Source of the DNA: Octopus vulgaris
Taxonomy: Eukaryota
Direction: 5' to 3'
Assembly (NCBI GenBank): GCA_951406725.2
Contig: OX597821.1
Location: forward strand, 107,818,001-107,882,000
Length of the DNA: 64,000 bases
Shown here: positions 42,378 to 59,751 of the stretch, piece after piece
Layout: the number at the start of each line of letters is the position of its first letter
Position numbering within the stretch: position 1 is the stretch's first letter
The notes under the pieces: model-generated
What the model was told of the DNA's origin: nothing
Seen by the model: only the letters and a program-made list of their open reading frames with translations
Database searches by the model: none
Position numbers and translations under genes: made by a program

Positions 42378-43109
42378 TTAAATACATGTATGTATATATA
42401 TTTAGATATCTGATAGTGTGTGTGTGTGTGTGTGTGTATTGACGTATATAATCCTATACATATCGATATACAACACATCGTCTCGAGGCTTACACAGTTC
42501 CTTATTTTAAGGAAACGAAATTCTGTGAACCACGCAAAGAATTCACGTCTTTTAATAGATTAAAAACACAACGCGATATAGCGTTAGTCATGGCTGACCT
42601 TCGGTTCTGTGGCAATTGCTAATGAAATTAATAATTATAATAATCAGTATGGCGCTGTGCATAAATTATGATTATTAATTTCATATTTAAACATAATACA
42701 TACGTTAACGATTTACTAATAAATCTCATATTGTGTTTAATGGCTTACTCCTCTCGTAAGCAACGCCATTCCAAAACTGTGGTGTATGTATGTATATATG
42801 TATAAATGTATGTATGTATGTACGTATGTATGTATGTATGTATGTATGTATGTATGTATGTATGTATGTATGTATGTATGTATGTATGTATGTATGTATG
42901 TATGTATGTATGCAAGTAGTTATGTATGTATCTAAGCAGGTATTTATATACGCATGTACGTACGTATGTATTATGTATGTATGTATGTATGTATCTATCT
43001 GTCTGTCTGTTTGCCTGTCTGTCAGTCTGTCTGTCTGCCTGTCTGTCTACATAACTGTTTACAACTCAATTTACACACATGTGGATCTATACCCACGCAT
43101 ATAGATATC

Positions 43110-44017
<908 letters not shown>

Positions 44018-44125
44018 TTTGAGGTAACTTAGTCAGTGTCCTGTATGCATTAGATCTCATTCTGAGGCAGAACCTTCAGAATAGGCAAACACTGCTATAA
44101 TTATAACTCCGCACAAACACACAAA

Positions 44126-44187
<62 letters not shown>

Positions 44188-44420
44188 AAACACACACACA
44201 CATACACACACATATATAAATAATTATATATATGTATGTATGTATATATATTATATATTTATAATTTGATATAGGACACTTCACACTCATAAAGCCATTA
44301 CACACTTACACAGACACACGCATGTATATACATATATATGTATTCAGATATATACATGTATACACATGTATATATGTATACACATATATACGTGTATTGA
44401 CATATGTACAAACACATACA

Positions 44421-44483
<63 letters not shown>

Positions 44484-45086
44484 TTATCCACAGACCCACA
44501 CACACTCATATATATATGTGTATATAAAATTGAAACAATCGGAGTCAAAAAGAAGAGGTACGGCTGGACAATTAATTTTACATCTCTACAATTGAACGTA
44601 ATTGTCGAGGAGTGCATGTACTTGATTATATAACTCTTTCCCTGCTTTATGAGAACCAGTTGTGCTTACTCAGGCGATATGTGATTCAAAAAGTATGTCC
44701 AACCGTAACCCTTCTGGCTGACTCTAGTTTTTTCAAGTGTGTATAATACTTCTCGATAGCACAGGTTGAAATCTGAATGCAGATAAACTTTATGCTGTAC
44801 TCTACCACGTTGTTAACAGAATATTCTTTATATATATATATATGAAAGGAACAAAAATGCAATAGAGGACGAGAGAAACAACAATTAGAAGGACAGGCAA
44901 ATAAGTCGGGTCATTCTTCGTATTTTTTCCTCAGTGAAGTTCCTGAAGTCACAACCATTTCGGGTAGTTACACTTCAGATGGTTGGATCTGGTTTCCCCT
45001 CCCCCAAAGTCTAAGCTAAGAGCATTAGACCCCTTGTAAGAAAGCTAGCAGACGTGTACGGCAACAAAGACAAAAAAGAAGAGCAA

Positions 45087-45158
<72 letters not shown>

Positions 45159-45261
45159 GTATGCATGTATATGTATGTATATGTATGTATGTATATATGT
45201 ATGTATATGTATGTATGTACGTGTGTATGTATGCATGTATGTATGTATATATGTATATGTA

Positions 45262-45303
<42 letters not shown>

Positions 45304-45609
45304 TTAATTCCAGTAGATCTGTGATTCAATATAGTTAAAATTATGCATATTTACAAGGAAATCTAGGCGCATGGGTATGATACTCACTGATATACCTAAG
45401 CATAAATGCAGCATACATATGCCTATTTATGTATGTGTTCATGTGTATATTTATCCAACTATCTTTATATCTATCTATTTATCTTTCTATGAATCAATTT
45501 ATTAATCTGTTTATCTATCTATCTTCTGCAGAATCAGAATATCTATCTATCTAACTATCAATCTATATATCTATCTATCTATCTATCTATCTATGTATCT
45601 ATCTATCTA

Positions 45610-45657
<48 letters not shown>

Positions 45658-45850
45658 TATATATCTGTCTTTCTATCTATCCGTTTGTCCATATATCTAT
45701 TTTTCTCAGTTTGTCTATCTACCTCTTTCTCGTCGTGTCTCTCTCTGTACATATATATGTGTGTGTATACATAATACACATATACACAAACGACCATATG
45801 ATTATATATAGATATACATATTTCCATATATGCGTGTATATGCCTGTGTG

Positions 45851-45882
<32 letters not shown>

Positions 45883-46016
45883 CTTATATATTTAATTATA
45901 TATACATAGATATACATACATATATACATACATAAATACATATGTATATACATACATACATACATATATATACAAACATATCTCTCTCGATATATATATA
46001 CACACACATATATACA

Positions 46017-46086
<70 letters not shown>

Positions 46087-46215
46087 GATATGTAAGTGCA
46101 CATACAGATAAACATACATACATATATATATATACGTATATATGCGTGTGTGAGTGTATTTGTGTTTGCATACATAAACACACATACATACATACATACA
46201 TACAACATACATACA

Positions 46216-46247
<32 letters not shown>

Positions 46248-46313
46248 GATAGATAAACTGAAAGAATGAGATAGAGTGAAATACAGAGGTAGACATTCAT
46301 AGAGTTACTTTTG

Positions 46314-46352
<39 letters not shown>

Positions 46353-46364
46353 TATATCTATATA

Positions 46365-46680
<316 letters not shown>

Positions 46681-47182
46681 AACCATCACGCTGTGTGTCC
46701 GTATGAGTATGCGTATACAATACAATAATATATAATTAAAAGTACAGATTTCCTTCTCAGGCATGGATTCTATTATTATTCATATGATATTTACATTGAT
46801 AAATTGGTATTCAATTTCGTCTATGAATAAATAAACATGGGCGAATCATATTACACAGGATATCAGCGACATCTATAATTGTCTTCAATATTGTTGATCC
46901 TCCGAACGTTTTGCTGCGTGTATAAATCTATATATATATATATATCCACTTTTGTTTTGGCGAGAAGTCATTAATTCTTCATCATTGCAACCTGTGTGTT
47001 ATTGCTTCAGTATATATGCTTGTTGACGCACACACGTGTACACACACACACACACACACATACACACACACACATACACATACACACGCACACACACACA
47101 TATATATATATATACATATATTTCTATATCTTCTGTGCACATAACATTAATATATATTTGTGTATGCATGTACGTATATATT

Positions 47183-47229
<47 letters not shown>

Positions 47230-47233
47230 TATA

Positions 47234-47268
<35 letters not shown>

Positions 47269-47304
47269 CATATTTGCTTTTATAAGTACGTAACAACGAT
47301 GATC

Positions 47305-47360
<56 letters not shown>

Positions 47361-47422
47361 TACAATTGTTTGTTTGTTTTCCACCTGCCTTCGTCTTTTG
47401 TCTATTTTCATAAAGTTTCCCG

Positions 47423-47469
<47 letters not shown>

Positions 47470-47488
47470 TATATACATATATACAAAC

Positions 47489-47543
<55 letters not shown>

Positions 47544-47765
47544 TATATATTTTGAATAGAAATTATAAATAATAGGTATATATACAAGTAAAACGTATAT
47601 GAATTATTAAACGATGAATATATCTATCCAGTAGAATTATTATATTGGTGTTATGCATATATATAAATATATACATCCATGTGTGTGTATATATATATAT
47701 ATATGTGTGTATGTAACTTTGTACTCATATATATACACACACATATATATATACACATATATATG

Positions 47766-47799
<34 letters not shown>

Positions 47800-47847
47800 T
47801 ATACACATATATATGTATATATATATAGTCCTTTATCCCCTTATTAG

Positions 47848-48009
47848 TTTCAGACTGCGGCCAAATCGACCCCAGGAGTTACTCTTTGTAAGCCTAGTAC
47901 TTCTTCTATTAGTCTATTTTACCGAACCGCTAAGTTACAGTGACGTAAATGCATCAACACCGGGTGTGAAGCGACGGTGAGTTGGACAAACACAGACACA
48001 CAAACATAT

Positions 48010-48053
<44 letters not shown>

Positions 48054-48229
48054 TAATATATATACACGACGGGCTTCTATCAGTTTCCATCAAATAAATC
48101 CACACACTAGTCTTTGGTCGGCTCGAGGCTATTTCGGAAGACACTTGCCCAAGATACCACGCAGTGAGACCGAACTCAGAACCATGTGGATGGTAAGGAA
48201 GGTACTTACTACACAGCCACTCTTGCGCC
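47848..48229 (-). mobile_element. SINE family B
   Basis: Reverse complement of the reference copy. Confidence 0.85.
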
Positions 48230-48232
48230 TAT

Positions 48233-48381
<149 letters not shown>

Positions 48382-48382
48382 C

Positions 48383-48457
<75 letters not shown>

Positions 48458-48869
48458 TATGATAACTATGTGTACATGTATTTACATAGACATATAGATA
48501 CATAGAAACAAATTATTATAGACACACATACATGTGTGTGTGTGTGTGTGTTAATGTATGTATGTACTTGTGTATGTGAATGCATGTATGTTATTTGTGC
48601 ATAGTTAATATATATATATATATATATATCCATAATATCTGCGTACAAATATATTTATTCTTTTCAATATCTAGTCAATTTTTTTCCACGTACTGCATAG
48701 CGTATGGGTTTACATATATGTGAATGTGTGTGTGCGTGTATTTATAAACTGTTCTTTATGAGAATGTATGTAGGCAATCATACATATTTATGAACATTCA
48801 CGAATATATCCGCATTTCTATATACTATTCCGCGCATCCGTAAAAATACGTGTACGCATATATATATAG

Positions 48870-48982
48870 GGGTAAGATATGAAAAATCAACGAAAAAGCA
48901 TATTGCAAATAGAGAAAGGCTGTCATAAATAGCCTTTCTCTATCTGCAATGTGCATTTTCGTTGATTTTTCATATTTTACCC
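48870..48982. other. Fold-back hairpin, ~52-bp arms, next to (TA)n
   Basis: gggtaagatatgaaaaatcaacgaaaa...agagaaaggct / agcctttctct...ttttcgttgatttttcatattttaccc. Confidence 0.9.
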
Positions 48983-49028
48983 TTACATTTCTACGTGTAT
49001 TTTACATTTTCTTTTGGTAACATATTTC

Positions 49029-49078
<50 letters not shown>

Positions 49079-49110
49079 GTACATGAATATATATATATTT
49101 ATATAAATAT

Positions 49111-49166
<56 letters not shown>

Positions 49167-49614
49167 CATGTATATAAACATACATACGTACACTATATTA
49201 CATATGTTTTTATGCTTTTTCTTATACTGGTTACAGACCGAGAATGCGGCCCAGCTGGATCAACGCCTGTATACGTAACAATAGACATTTGTTGTCACGT
49301 GGGTGCGCTTATATATTGAAATAGATATAAATGTATATTTAGTCATATATGTTTATATACACAGATAGATACGATACGTATGTATAAGTATTCATACAGT
49401 TGTAAATCTATACAGAAATGCACATGTATTTGGATATATAGGAATATAGTTATAAATGTATGCATACATGTCATGTATGCGTTTAAATATACAGTGTATA
49501 TATACATATATTAACACACAATCACAGAAATGTATAGTGTGTGTTTATATCTATATATTATGTGTGTGTGTATAGTCATACCTATCTATCTATCTATCTA
49601 GCTATCTATCTATC

Positions 49615-49699
49615 AATGTTTCTTTCATCCCCCAAAAGAAAAGCTCTACCTTGTAATTTGTCCCATCTGTGTGCAGCCCTGTGTGGCCAATAAAGAAAC

Positions 49700-49702
<3 letters not shown>
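49615..49702 (+). mobile_element. Extreme 3' end of the Tx1-type LINE in (TCTA)n
   Basis: ttcatcccccaaaagaaaagctctaccttgtaa...gtggccaataaagaaactta matches 40072-40150. Confidence 0.85.
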
Positions 49703-49762
<60 letters not shown>

Positions 49763-49804
49763 ACCACAGTAAATAAGGTACTCAATACATAGCAGAGTAA
49801 ATTA

Positions 49805-49932
49805 ATTTATTTTATAGAAGGAGCTTCTACAGGACTAGAGCTGTTTCATTCAAAAGAAATCATCAGGAAGCCATGATGATTTCTTTTGAATGAAACAGTT
49901 CTAGTCTTGTAGGAGCTCCTTCTATAAAATAA

Positions 49933-49934
<2 letters not shown>
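49805..49934. other. Fold-back hairpin, 61-bp arms, containing hammerhead core remnants
   Basis: Arms 49805-49865 / 49874-49934, 3 mismatches; minus strand CUGAUGA-UUUC(uuuu)GAAU-GAAA-CAGCUC-UA. Confidence 0.85.
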
Positions 49935-49996
<62 letters not shown>

Positions 49997-50195
49997 TCGT
50001 ATATATGCATGTTTGCGTATGTGCGTGTGTGTATCATATATATACATGTATTTATATATATATATAGTTGAAATTTATAGAAAAAACAAAAACAGGTGTA
50101 TGAACAACAAGCAAGCGTGATAGTTATATATATATACATAATATATATTATATATATATATATTGTGTGTGTATATATATGTATGTATATATATA

Positions 50196-50238
<43 letters not shown>

Positions 50239-50607
50239 CCATATATATATATCCATATATATATATATATATATATACGCACACATACAAACGCGTATAT
50301 AGGCTTGTGTATATGTGGTTGTATAGATCCTATTGTTAAAATTTAATATAAATAGCGGATCCAAATTAGATTCCTTGCGAGCTTTTATATTAAAATATGA
50401 TGCTCCGAATTTCGTCGGTGGCTGCACCGATCACCATTCTTCCGAACTGCAGTGGCCAGTGCTAAAATGAAAGTGGTTTACTTTGGATGTCGGAAATATA
50501 TGGTTTTGCTGAGGGAATGGAATTGAATTTTATGGGAGATAATGTCTGTTACCTTTGTAGTATATTCGGAATACAGCTTCCAACACATAAATAATATATG
50601 TATATAT

Positions 50608-50721
<114 letters not shown>

Positions 50722-50785
50722 GTACATATATAGATGTCAGAAATATATGTATTTCTCACATCTCTCTCTCTCTCTCTCTCTCTCC

Positions 50786-50838
<53 letters not shown>

Positions 50839-50954
50839 CATATATACATATATATACATATGCATATACATATATATATATGGTGCTATAGGTGGTGCTA
50901 TTAAGTTAGACATGGCCTGGGCCAATAATGGCCGAAACCTATCAAAGTATCAAA

Positions 50955-50989
<35 letters not shown>

Positions 50990-51114
50990 TATAGATATAT
51001 ATAGATATATATATACATATATATATATATATGTGTATATGTATATATGTATATATATATATATTCATACATACATATATATATATATATACATACATAG
51101 ATGTATATCAATTG

Positions 51115-51158
<44 letters not shown>

Positions 51159-52021
51159 TTATATTATTTTTATCTATACATATGTATCATATATGTAGAA
51201 TCGTATGTATACGCGAATTTAATTATACCTATATTAATATATAGTTTATATATATATACATATATATGCGTGTATGTGTGTTTGTTTGTGTGCCTATGTA
51301 GGTAAGTATGCATATATATTCTGTTGCGTTTATACATACATACATCGGATATATATACAAATGAGTGTGTGCATACATGTATACATATATATATTTACAT
51401 ACACGCACACCAAACCAAACACATACACACAGATAGACACATATATATTCATGTATATGAAAGTGTGTGTGTGTGTATTCATTTGTATATATATATTTAT
51501 GTACGTATGTATGTATTTCGAGGCAATGCCTTCTGAAGAAGTACCTTGTGGTATTTTTTCCTTATCTCTTTGTAATGCGTTCTAATTTCTGCAAATGTGC
51601 CATTCCTTTCATATTTCATGGTTCCAAAGTAAAATATATCTGTAAAGGTCTCCAATATATTTCACCTGTTTCCAAGTCTAGTCCTTGTGGTTTTAATCGG
51701 CTCTTCAAAGATCTTGTTTTCCAGTATTGAAATGCTTAAAGGCCATCTTATATATGGACGATGGTCCTTCGTTTCTGAAAGGCCTGATTATTTTGCCTCT
51801 GTCTGTGTGTTTGTGTGAATATTTTGCCTGTGTGTGTGTGTGTGTGTGTTTTGTTGATAGGTAGCTAGATAGATACACACATACATACATATCTAAATAG
51901 ATGAATAGAAAGATAGACAGCTAAATATATAAATAGTTAGATAGGCAACATATATTCATAAAATATAAGAGCTTTTATAAACACATGAACATTGGAAATT
52001 TTTGAGTGTGTATACATACAA

Positions 52022-52064
<43 letters not shown>

Positions 52065-52306
52065 CATACATATATATATATACATATATATATATACATA
52101 TATATACATAGATACATATATATATATAATTATATGTCTATATATATATGTATGTATGTATATATATATATATACATATATATATTAATATACAAAACAC
52201 GCACACACACACACACAGACATATATATATATATACATAAAATCGCATGTGTATATATATACATATATATCTATACATATATATATACATACATATACAT
52301 ATATAT

Positions 52307-52422
<116 letters not shown>

Positions 52423-52685
52423 GTATATAGAAAGTATATGTGTAAAATATATCTAAATTCCCAATTACACGCTTACAGTGATATTGTTTGAGTCCATTTC
52501 TTTGTCTTTACATTATTGTGATGTGCTTATGTCTCTGTGCATATAAATATACATACATATTTGTATGTTCTTATGTATATATAATTATAGATCATATGTA
52601 TATGCACATATATATGTGTGTGTGCGGGTGTATGTGTGTGCATACATATATCTATATATATATATGTGTATATATATATATGTAT

Positions 52686-52746
<61 letters not shown>

Positions 52747-52748
<2 letters not shown>

Positions 52749-52929
52749 CGTGGCTGTATAATAAGAGGGTTCTTTCCCACCACATGTTTTCGGGTTCAGT
52801 TCCACTGCGTGGTACCTTCGGCTAGTGTCTTCTACTATAGCCTCGAGCCGACCAAAGCCTTGTGGGTTGATTTGGTAGACGGAAATCGAAATAAGCCCGT
52901 CGAATATATAATATATATACATACATACA

Positions 52930-52981
<52 letters not shown>

Positions 52982-53325
52982 AATACATATACATATGCAT
53001 ATATATATATACATATATATACATATAAGTATATATACATATATACTTCTATATATATATACATACCTGCATATATATAAATATATATATTTATATACGT
53101 ATTTTATATTTATATATATATATGTATGTTTGTGTGCCTGTGTTTGTCCCCGTACCATCGCTTCAAACCGATGTTGTTGTGCTTACGTCCCCGTAATTTT
53201 ACGGTTCGGCAAACGGGCCAGGTAAAATCTCAACTAGGCATACAACGAATAAGTCTTTTCGCGGATGTTTTCGAAATAAAGGCGCTGCTCTAGCATGGTC
53301 GCCACAGGGAAATGATTGAAACATG
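52747..53325 (+). mobile_element. SINE family B with expanded internal microsatellite
   Basis: Head 52747-52902, ~230-bp TA/ATAC tract, tail 53130-53325. Confidence 0.82.
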
Positions 53326-53404
53326 TAAAATTATACATTTATACCTATATGCACATATATATGTATATATGCGCGTGTGTGTGTATGTATGTGTGTGTGC
53401 GTGT

Positions 53405-53447
<43 letters not shown>

Positions 53448-53519
53448 TCCCTGAGCGTCCAATAACATTATACTTGTTCCACGTCCTCGCGTCGTTGTGT
53501 TTTCATGTTTGGATTAACT

Positions 53520-53578
<59 letters not shown>

Positions 53579-53663
53579 CATGTATGTATACATGTATGTG
53601 TGTATATATATATATACATATATATACATACATATATATACATATATATATATACATATATGT

Positions 53664-53733
<70 letters not shown>

Positions 53734-55139
53734 TATATATATGTATATTATATTCATTGTTTTGTATCCTGTGTCTTTCATATATCTGTAATACCAGACA
53801 AAGATTTGCAAAGAATGGGACTGGAACGTAAAAATACATGAACTAGACCTGCGTAAATCTAAAAACAAACAAAACTCTGTAATATTTTCATTCGTTCTAT
53901 TTTTGGTTGGGTTATCCTTGCTAGAAAAAAAAAGCTTGGCTGACTTTTGAGGCTACCATGATTTCTGATATTGTACAGAGTTTATGAGGGATGTTTGGAA
54001 CTATAAAGCTGGAATTTGAGTATACGTGATTGACAAGAGGAAGAATGTGGAAGAGAAATTATAATATACATACATTTATATATATGTATATAGTTTCATT
54101 CATATATACACATATGCAAGTATGTTATATATATATGTTTGATAAGGGGTTGAAAATAGTTGGAGTGAGTGTATCGTGTCTAGATTAGGAATAGTTTGGT
54201 GTATGGATGTTTATGTTAGGGAGAAATGGACGGGATCCTGTGTATGTGTGTGTGAGAGAGAGAGAAAGACTGAGAGAGAGGGGGGAGAGGGAAGAGACAG
54301 ACAGACAAAGAGAAAGAGTAAGGGATGGTAAACGATAACGTGTGAGACAGAGGTAGTCAAGGAAAAGGGCTGAGAGAGGGAGAGATGGTGATAAAGTGAA
54401 AGAGAGAGAGCGAGAGAGTTAAAAAGAGCGGGAACGTAAGTAAGAATGTGTGAGAGAGAAAGGAGGAGAGAAAGAAATAGACTAGAAGGTAAAGAGATAG
54501 GGAAAATAGAAAGAGAAATACAAAGAATGTTAAACGTATATATGTTAGTATGAGAAAATGGTTATCAGAAAGTGAAAGTAGGCGTGATGTGAGGGAGAGA
54601 GGGGGAAGGAGGGAGTAAGAAAGAAAGAGTATAAAGAGAGGGAGAGAGCAAGAGTGATGAGAGAGAATTATGTGAAAAGAGAGCCAGGATAGGAGGGAGG
54701 GAGAGCGAAATAGCAAGAGGGCGGGTAAGGAGATTTTAGGCACAGAGGAAGGAGGGGTATGAAAATATAAAGAGAGACTTGAAGCACTAATGAAGATATA
54801 TTTAGCGTTGGCAAGGAAGCGGATAACATTTTGAAATCGAAAGTGAAAGTAGAATGTCGGTTCAAGGTTGTTGCTGTCGTTACTACTGCTATTCCTAAAG
54901 CTATGGCTTTAGCTAAGCTGCTGTATTTATTAGTGATGGTAGGCCGAGCAGACCGTATATGTGTGTATGTATGCCTGCGTGTGTTTGTACGCATGTATCT
55001 GTTTGTGTGTATGTATGCATGTGTGTGGTTATATGTGTATGTATGTTTGTGTGTGTATGTGTGTAAGAATATACGTATGTGCAAATGTGTATGTATTCGT
55101 GGTTGTGAATGGGTAAATGTGTATGTATATGTTCTTTCA

Positions 55140-55372
55140 CTTCTTTTATTTGATTTAGTCATACGACTGCGGCCATGCTGGGGCATAGACTTGATGGGTT
55201 TTAGTCGAATAGAACAACCCCTGTACTTTTATTGTTATTGTTTTTTTTTCAATCTGGTTCCTGTTCATTCTATCTATCGCTTTTGCCGCACCTCTAGGTT
55301 ACGGGGACTTAAACAAACCAGCACCGTTTGTCAAGCTGTGAAAATGTATGTGAAAAACACAGACACAAACAC
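55140..55372 (-). mobile_element. SINE family B 3' half
   Basis: gactgcggccatgctggggca...gttacggggac.taaac. Confidence 0.7.
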
Positions 55373-56519
55373 TCGCCCCCTCACACATATACATACGTAC
55401 ACATACACACGTAGTGGGACTGAAGCTGAAAAAAACCTGCGTGTGAAGCGAACCCCTTCACCATACAACCATGCCTGTGGCTATAGTGTATGTCTATATG
55501 TGCGTGTATGTTTACATGTGTGTGCGTCTGTATGTGTAGTTATTTAACCCTAGGACACTTTTGATCATGAATATCTATGTCTAGAGTCTTATATTACTAT
55601 AATTATGGATGTCTTGTACATTAATACATCGAAGTTGAGTTTTTGTTTTTGGTCTTGTTTAAGCGGTTCTTTGAGAGAGAGAAATTTAGCTGCTATTTCT
55701 AGCTCCTTATACGACCATGTAAAATGGCAGCCCTCATTTGTGTCAGCAGTCTCTCTTTGACATGTCCATAAAACTTCCATCACATTTGATTGGTTTAGGT
55801 GATGTCATTCTTTCGATAGAAGATCTGAGGTGAAGGAGGCTTGATGTTGGTTGTTTTGGTGCACGTGCACACATCAGCATGTATATATATGTACATATAT
55901 GCATCTCTGTATGCTTGTATGAGTGTGTCTGTATCTGCATATATGTGTGTTTGCGTGTTTATGTATGTATATATATGTATATGTATAAGTGTGCGTGATT
56001 ATGTGTCTACTGACGTTTACGTTATGCGTGTCGAATTCATATCTGTGTAAACACTTTAATATTACTGTATCAGTCAGTGCGTGTGTGTGTGTATGTGTGT
56101 GTATGTACCTGTGTGTGTGAGTGTGTGTGTATTTGTGTGTGTGTGTGTGTGTGTATCCGCAAATAGTGGCGTTGAAGAGTCGACGATGCTGTGGGTGTGT
56201 TGAGTTAGAATGGGGTGGGTTAGTCGTCACAGCGTAGACGCAGACACGAATATCGAGTTTGTGGGCGTGTGGAGGGCAGGCGGTGAGTCGGTGGAGCGCT
56301 GGAACAGTGGGGGCGGCGTGAAATGAAAAGTGAGATCCATTAATTCTGCGGAGTGAAGACGCAGAAAATGGCTGGTTTGCGTGAGCATATGAATAATTCA
56401 GTGTGTTCTTCTTAATGCATATGTATGTGTGTATGTGTTTATGAATGTATCTATATATATGCGCGTGTATATGTGTATGTGTGTATTTGTGTATGCATGA
56501 GTGTAAATGTAAATGTGGC

Positions 56520-57165
56520 TGTGTATGTGCGTCTGATGTGTGTGTGTCTGTTTATGTATGTATATGTATGTATATGCATCTGTGTGTCTGTTTATGTATG
56601 TATATGTGCGTATGAGCGTGTGTGTCTGTTTAAGTATGTATATGTATGTATATGTGCGTATATGCATCAGTGTGTCTGTTTATGTATGTATATGTGCGTC
56701 TGATGTGTGTGTGTCTGTTTAAGTATGTATATGTATGTATATGTGCGTATATGCATCTGTGTGTCTGTTTATGTATGTATATGTGTGTCTGATGTGTGTG
56801 TCTGTTTAAGTATGTAGTTGTATGTATATGTGCGTATATGCATCAGTGTGTCTGTTTATGTATGTATATGTGTGTATGAGCGTGTGTGTCTCTTTAAGTA
56901 TGTATATATATGTATATGTGCGTATATGCATCTGTGTGTCTGTTTATGTATGTATATGTGCGTCTGATGTGTGTGTGTCTGTTTAAGTATGTATATGTAT
57001 GTATATGTATGTATATGTGCGTATATGCATCTGTGTGTCTGTTTATGTATGTATATGTGCGTCTGATGTGTGTGTGTCTGTTTAAGTATGTATATGTATG
57101 TATATGTGCGTATATGCATCAGTGTGTCTGTTTATGTATGTATATGTGCGTATGAGCGTGTGTGT
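56520..57165. repeat. Higher-order GT/AT-derived minisatellite
   Basis: Repeating modules atgtgcgtatatgcatc(a/t)gtgtgtctgtttatgtatgtat and tctgatgtgtgtgtgtctgtttaagtatgt. Confidence 0.85.
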
Positions 57166-57975
57166 GTGTATGTATAGGTACCATTGTAAATGTGTGTATG
57201 TGTTTATGTATGTGTGCGCGTGTATGTGTGCATGTGTGTATTTGTGTATGTATGAGTGTAAATGTGGCGGTGTATGTGCGTCTGGTGTGTGTGTGTCTAT
57301 GTATGTATATGTATGTGTACGTGTGTACAAGCGTGTATGTATATGCATAGGTACCAGTGTAGATATGTGTATGTGCGTCTGTGTGCGTGTATGTATATAG
57401 GGTTGGATGTATGTGTTTATGTACGTATGTGTATATGTATATAAGCAAGTATATATGTGTGTATGTGTATATGTGTATGTATGTTTATGTTTGAATATTA
57501 CATATTGCATACATATGTATATATGTATGCATGTATGCTTTTATCAGCAAGTGTAGATATCTGTATGCGCATATATGTATGTGTTATATATATATATATG
57601 TACGTATCTTTTATATATATGTGTGTAAGTGTATATGCGTGTATGTGTATAGTTGTATGTGCATGTATAGAATTTTGTATGTCTCTGTGTATGTCTTTCT
57701 ATGTAAGATCACGGCTATGTAAATGTAAGGAAAATTGTATGTGTTTTGCGTGTGTTTGTGTTGATGGCCCTATGAGCGCATGCCTATATGTATGTGTGCG
57801 TTTATGTGAGTTCATCCATGTACGAGTATGGGTATGCAAGTGTATGGATGTTATGATGTGTTTGCTTAGCGTCTGAATATATGTTAACACACGGGCGCAC
57901 ACACATATATCCATACATACACACATATATACATACACACATACATACATACACACATACATACATACACACATT

Positions 57976-58007
<32 letters not shown>

Positions 58008-58564
58008 CATACACACATACATACATACATATATACACACATGCATACATACATACACAATACATACATACATACATACATACATACATACATACATACA
58101 TACATACATACGCACATATAAGGGCGTTATGCGTGCGTATAAGTGTGTATCTGGTTGTGTATCTATATGTGTAGAAGTGACACAAGGGTGTAGATATGCA
58201 TGTAATATCTGTGTTTGTCTTTTATGGTGTATAAGTGACTAAGTATGAGTGTGAGTGTGTGTGTAATGAGTGTACATGCATTCCTATATGACTGTGAGCA
58301 AATTGTATGTGTAATTATGTGCAAATTATACGACGTACTTATGTATGTGTATATAGATGTGTGTACATATGCAAATGATTGTGTGTATGTGTCTGTGTGT
58401 ACGTGTTTGTTTGTGTGTGTATGCGTGTGTGTGTGTGTGTGTGCGTGTTTGTGTGTGAATGCGTGCGTGTGTGTGTATGTGAGAGAGAGAGATGACGTCA
58501 AAGGAAGAAATTGAAATGACTCGATGTAAAGAATAAAGCTACAGAATCTAGATTCAGAGAGAAG

Positions 58565-58595
<31 letters not shown>

Positions 58596-58696
58596 TGACA
58601 GAGTATGATAGAGGGAGAGACGGGGAGAAAGTGTTTGTTATAGTGAATGAAATGTAGAAACACAACGATTGGGGAAAAGGAACTGCAAAATGCTGG

Positions 58697-58719
58697 TAAT
58701 AATAAAAATAATAATAATG

Positions 58720-58760
<41 letters not shown>

Positions 58761-58767
58761 AATAATG

Positions 58768-58819
<52 letters not shown>

Positions 58820-58896
58820 TAATAACAATAATAATAATAATAATAATATTAATAATAATAATAATAATAATGATGATGATGATGATGATGATGATG

Positions 58897-58954
<58 letters not shown>

Positions 58955-59048
58955 TAATAACAATAATAATAATAATAATAATATTAATAATAATAATAAT
59001 AATAATAATAATGATGATGATGATGATGATGATAATAATAATAATAAC
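58697..59048. repeat. (AAT)n/(GAT)n array with internal duplication
   Basis: Direct inspection. Confidence 0.93.
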
Positions 59049-59685
59049 CAGATAAATGGAATATACAAAGAACTACGTGGAAATATAGTGAGAAAAACAA
59101 GCAATATTAAGATAAGGACACAAAGAGAGAAGGAGAAAGAGTGGGAGAGAGAGAGAGGAGAATTAAGGGAACAAGAGTAAAAAAGAAAAAGAAGGGGGGT
59201 AAAATCATAGCGTAAAGAATGGCTGATGACTTAATAAATCCACCAAGAGGTGGAAAGGGGCTTCGCAATTTTAACATTCTTTTGTACCCGAATTAGGAAA
59301 TGGTTTCTGAGAGTGCATTAAAGAAAATGATATTTTATTCGAGTGAGAGGGCGGTGGTTAGGAGGTGTTGGGCGTGTAGAAGATAGGAGAGACAGAGAGA
59401 GAGGGAGAGAGAGAAAAGGAAGAAGGAGAATTGGAGAGGGGCAGGAGAAGAGAGGCAACTGGCTTGTTCGATGAAGGAACAAAGCACTGTGATTTGAGAG
59501 ACGAATCTGAAAAGAGAAAATATTTTTCTGCTACCAAACTCCGCCATTTTGATACAGTTCTTGTTGGTTTCTTTGGAGGAGAATATCATAGGAAGATTGG
59601 TGGTTGTTGTAAGAGGCGAATGAATAGATTGTTCTCATTTCAGAAACTAGGTTTCTCAGTTTGTATATATGCATGTGTGAGTGCA

Positions 59686-59751
<66 letters not shown>

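Noticed and set aside
44669-44772. Apparent minus-strand exon FNLCYREVLYTLEKTRVSQKGYGWTYFLNHISP with good splice sites
   Set aside because: Its core is an inverted copy of 44520-44580, so a fold-back repeat explains it better; not called as CDS.
51520-51778. Selenoprotein reading of the in-frame TGA
   Set aside because: No SECIS or redox motif seen; a nonsense mutation or chance is more likely.
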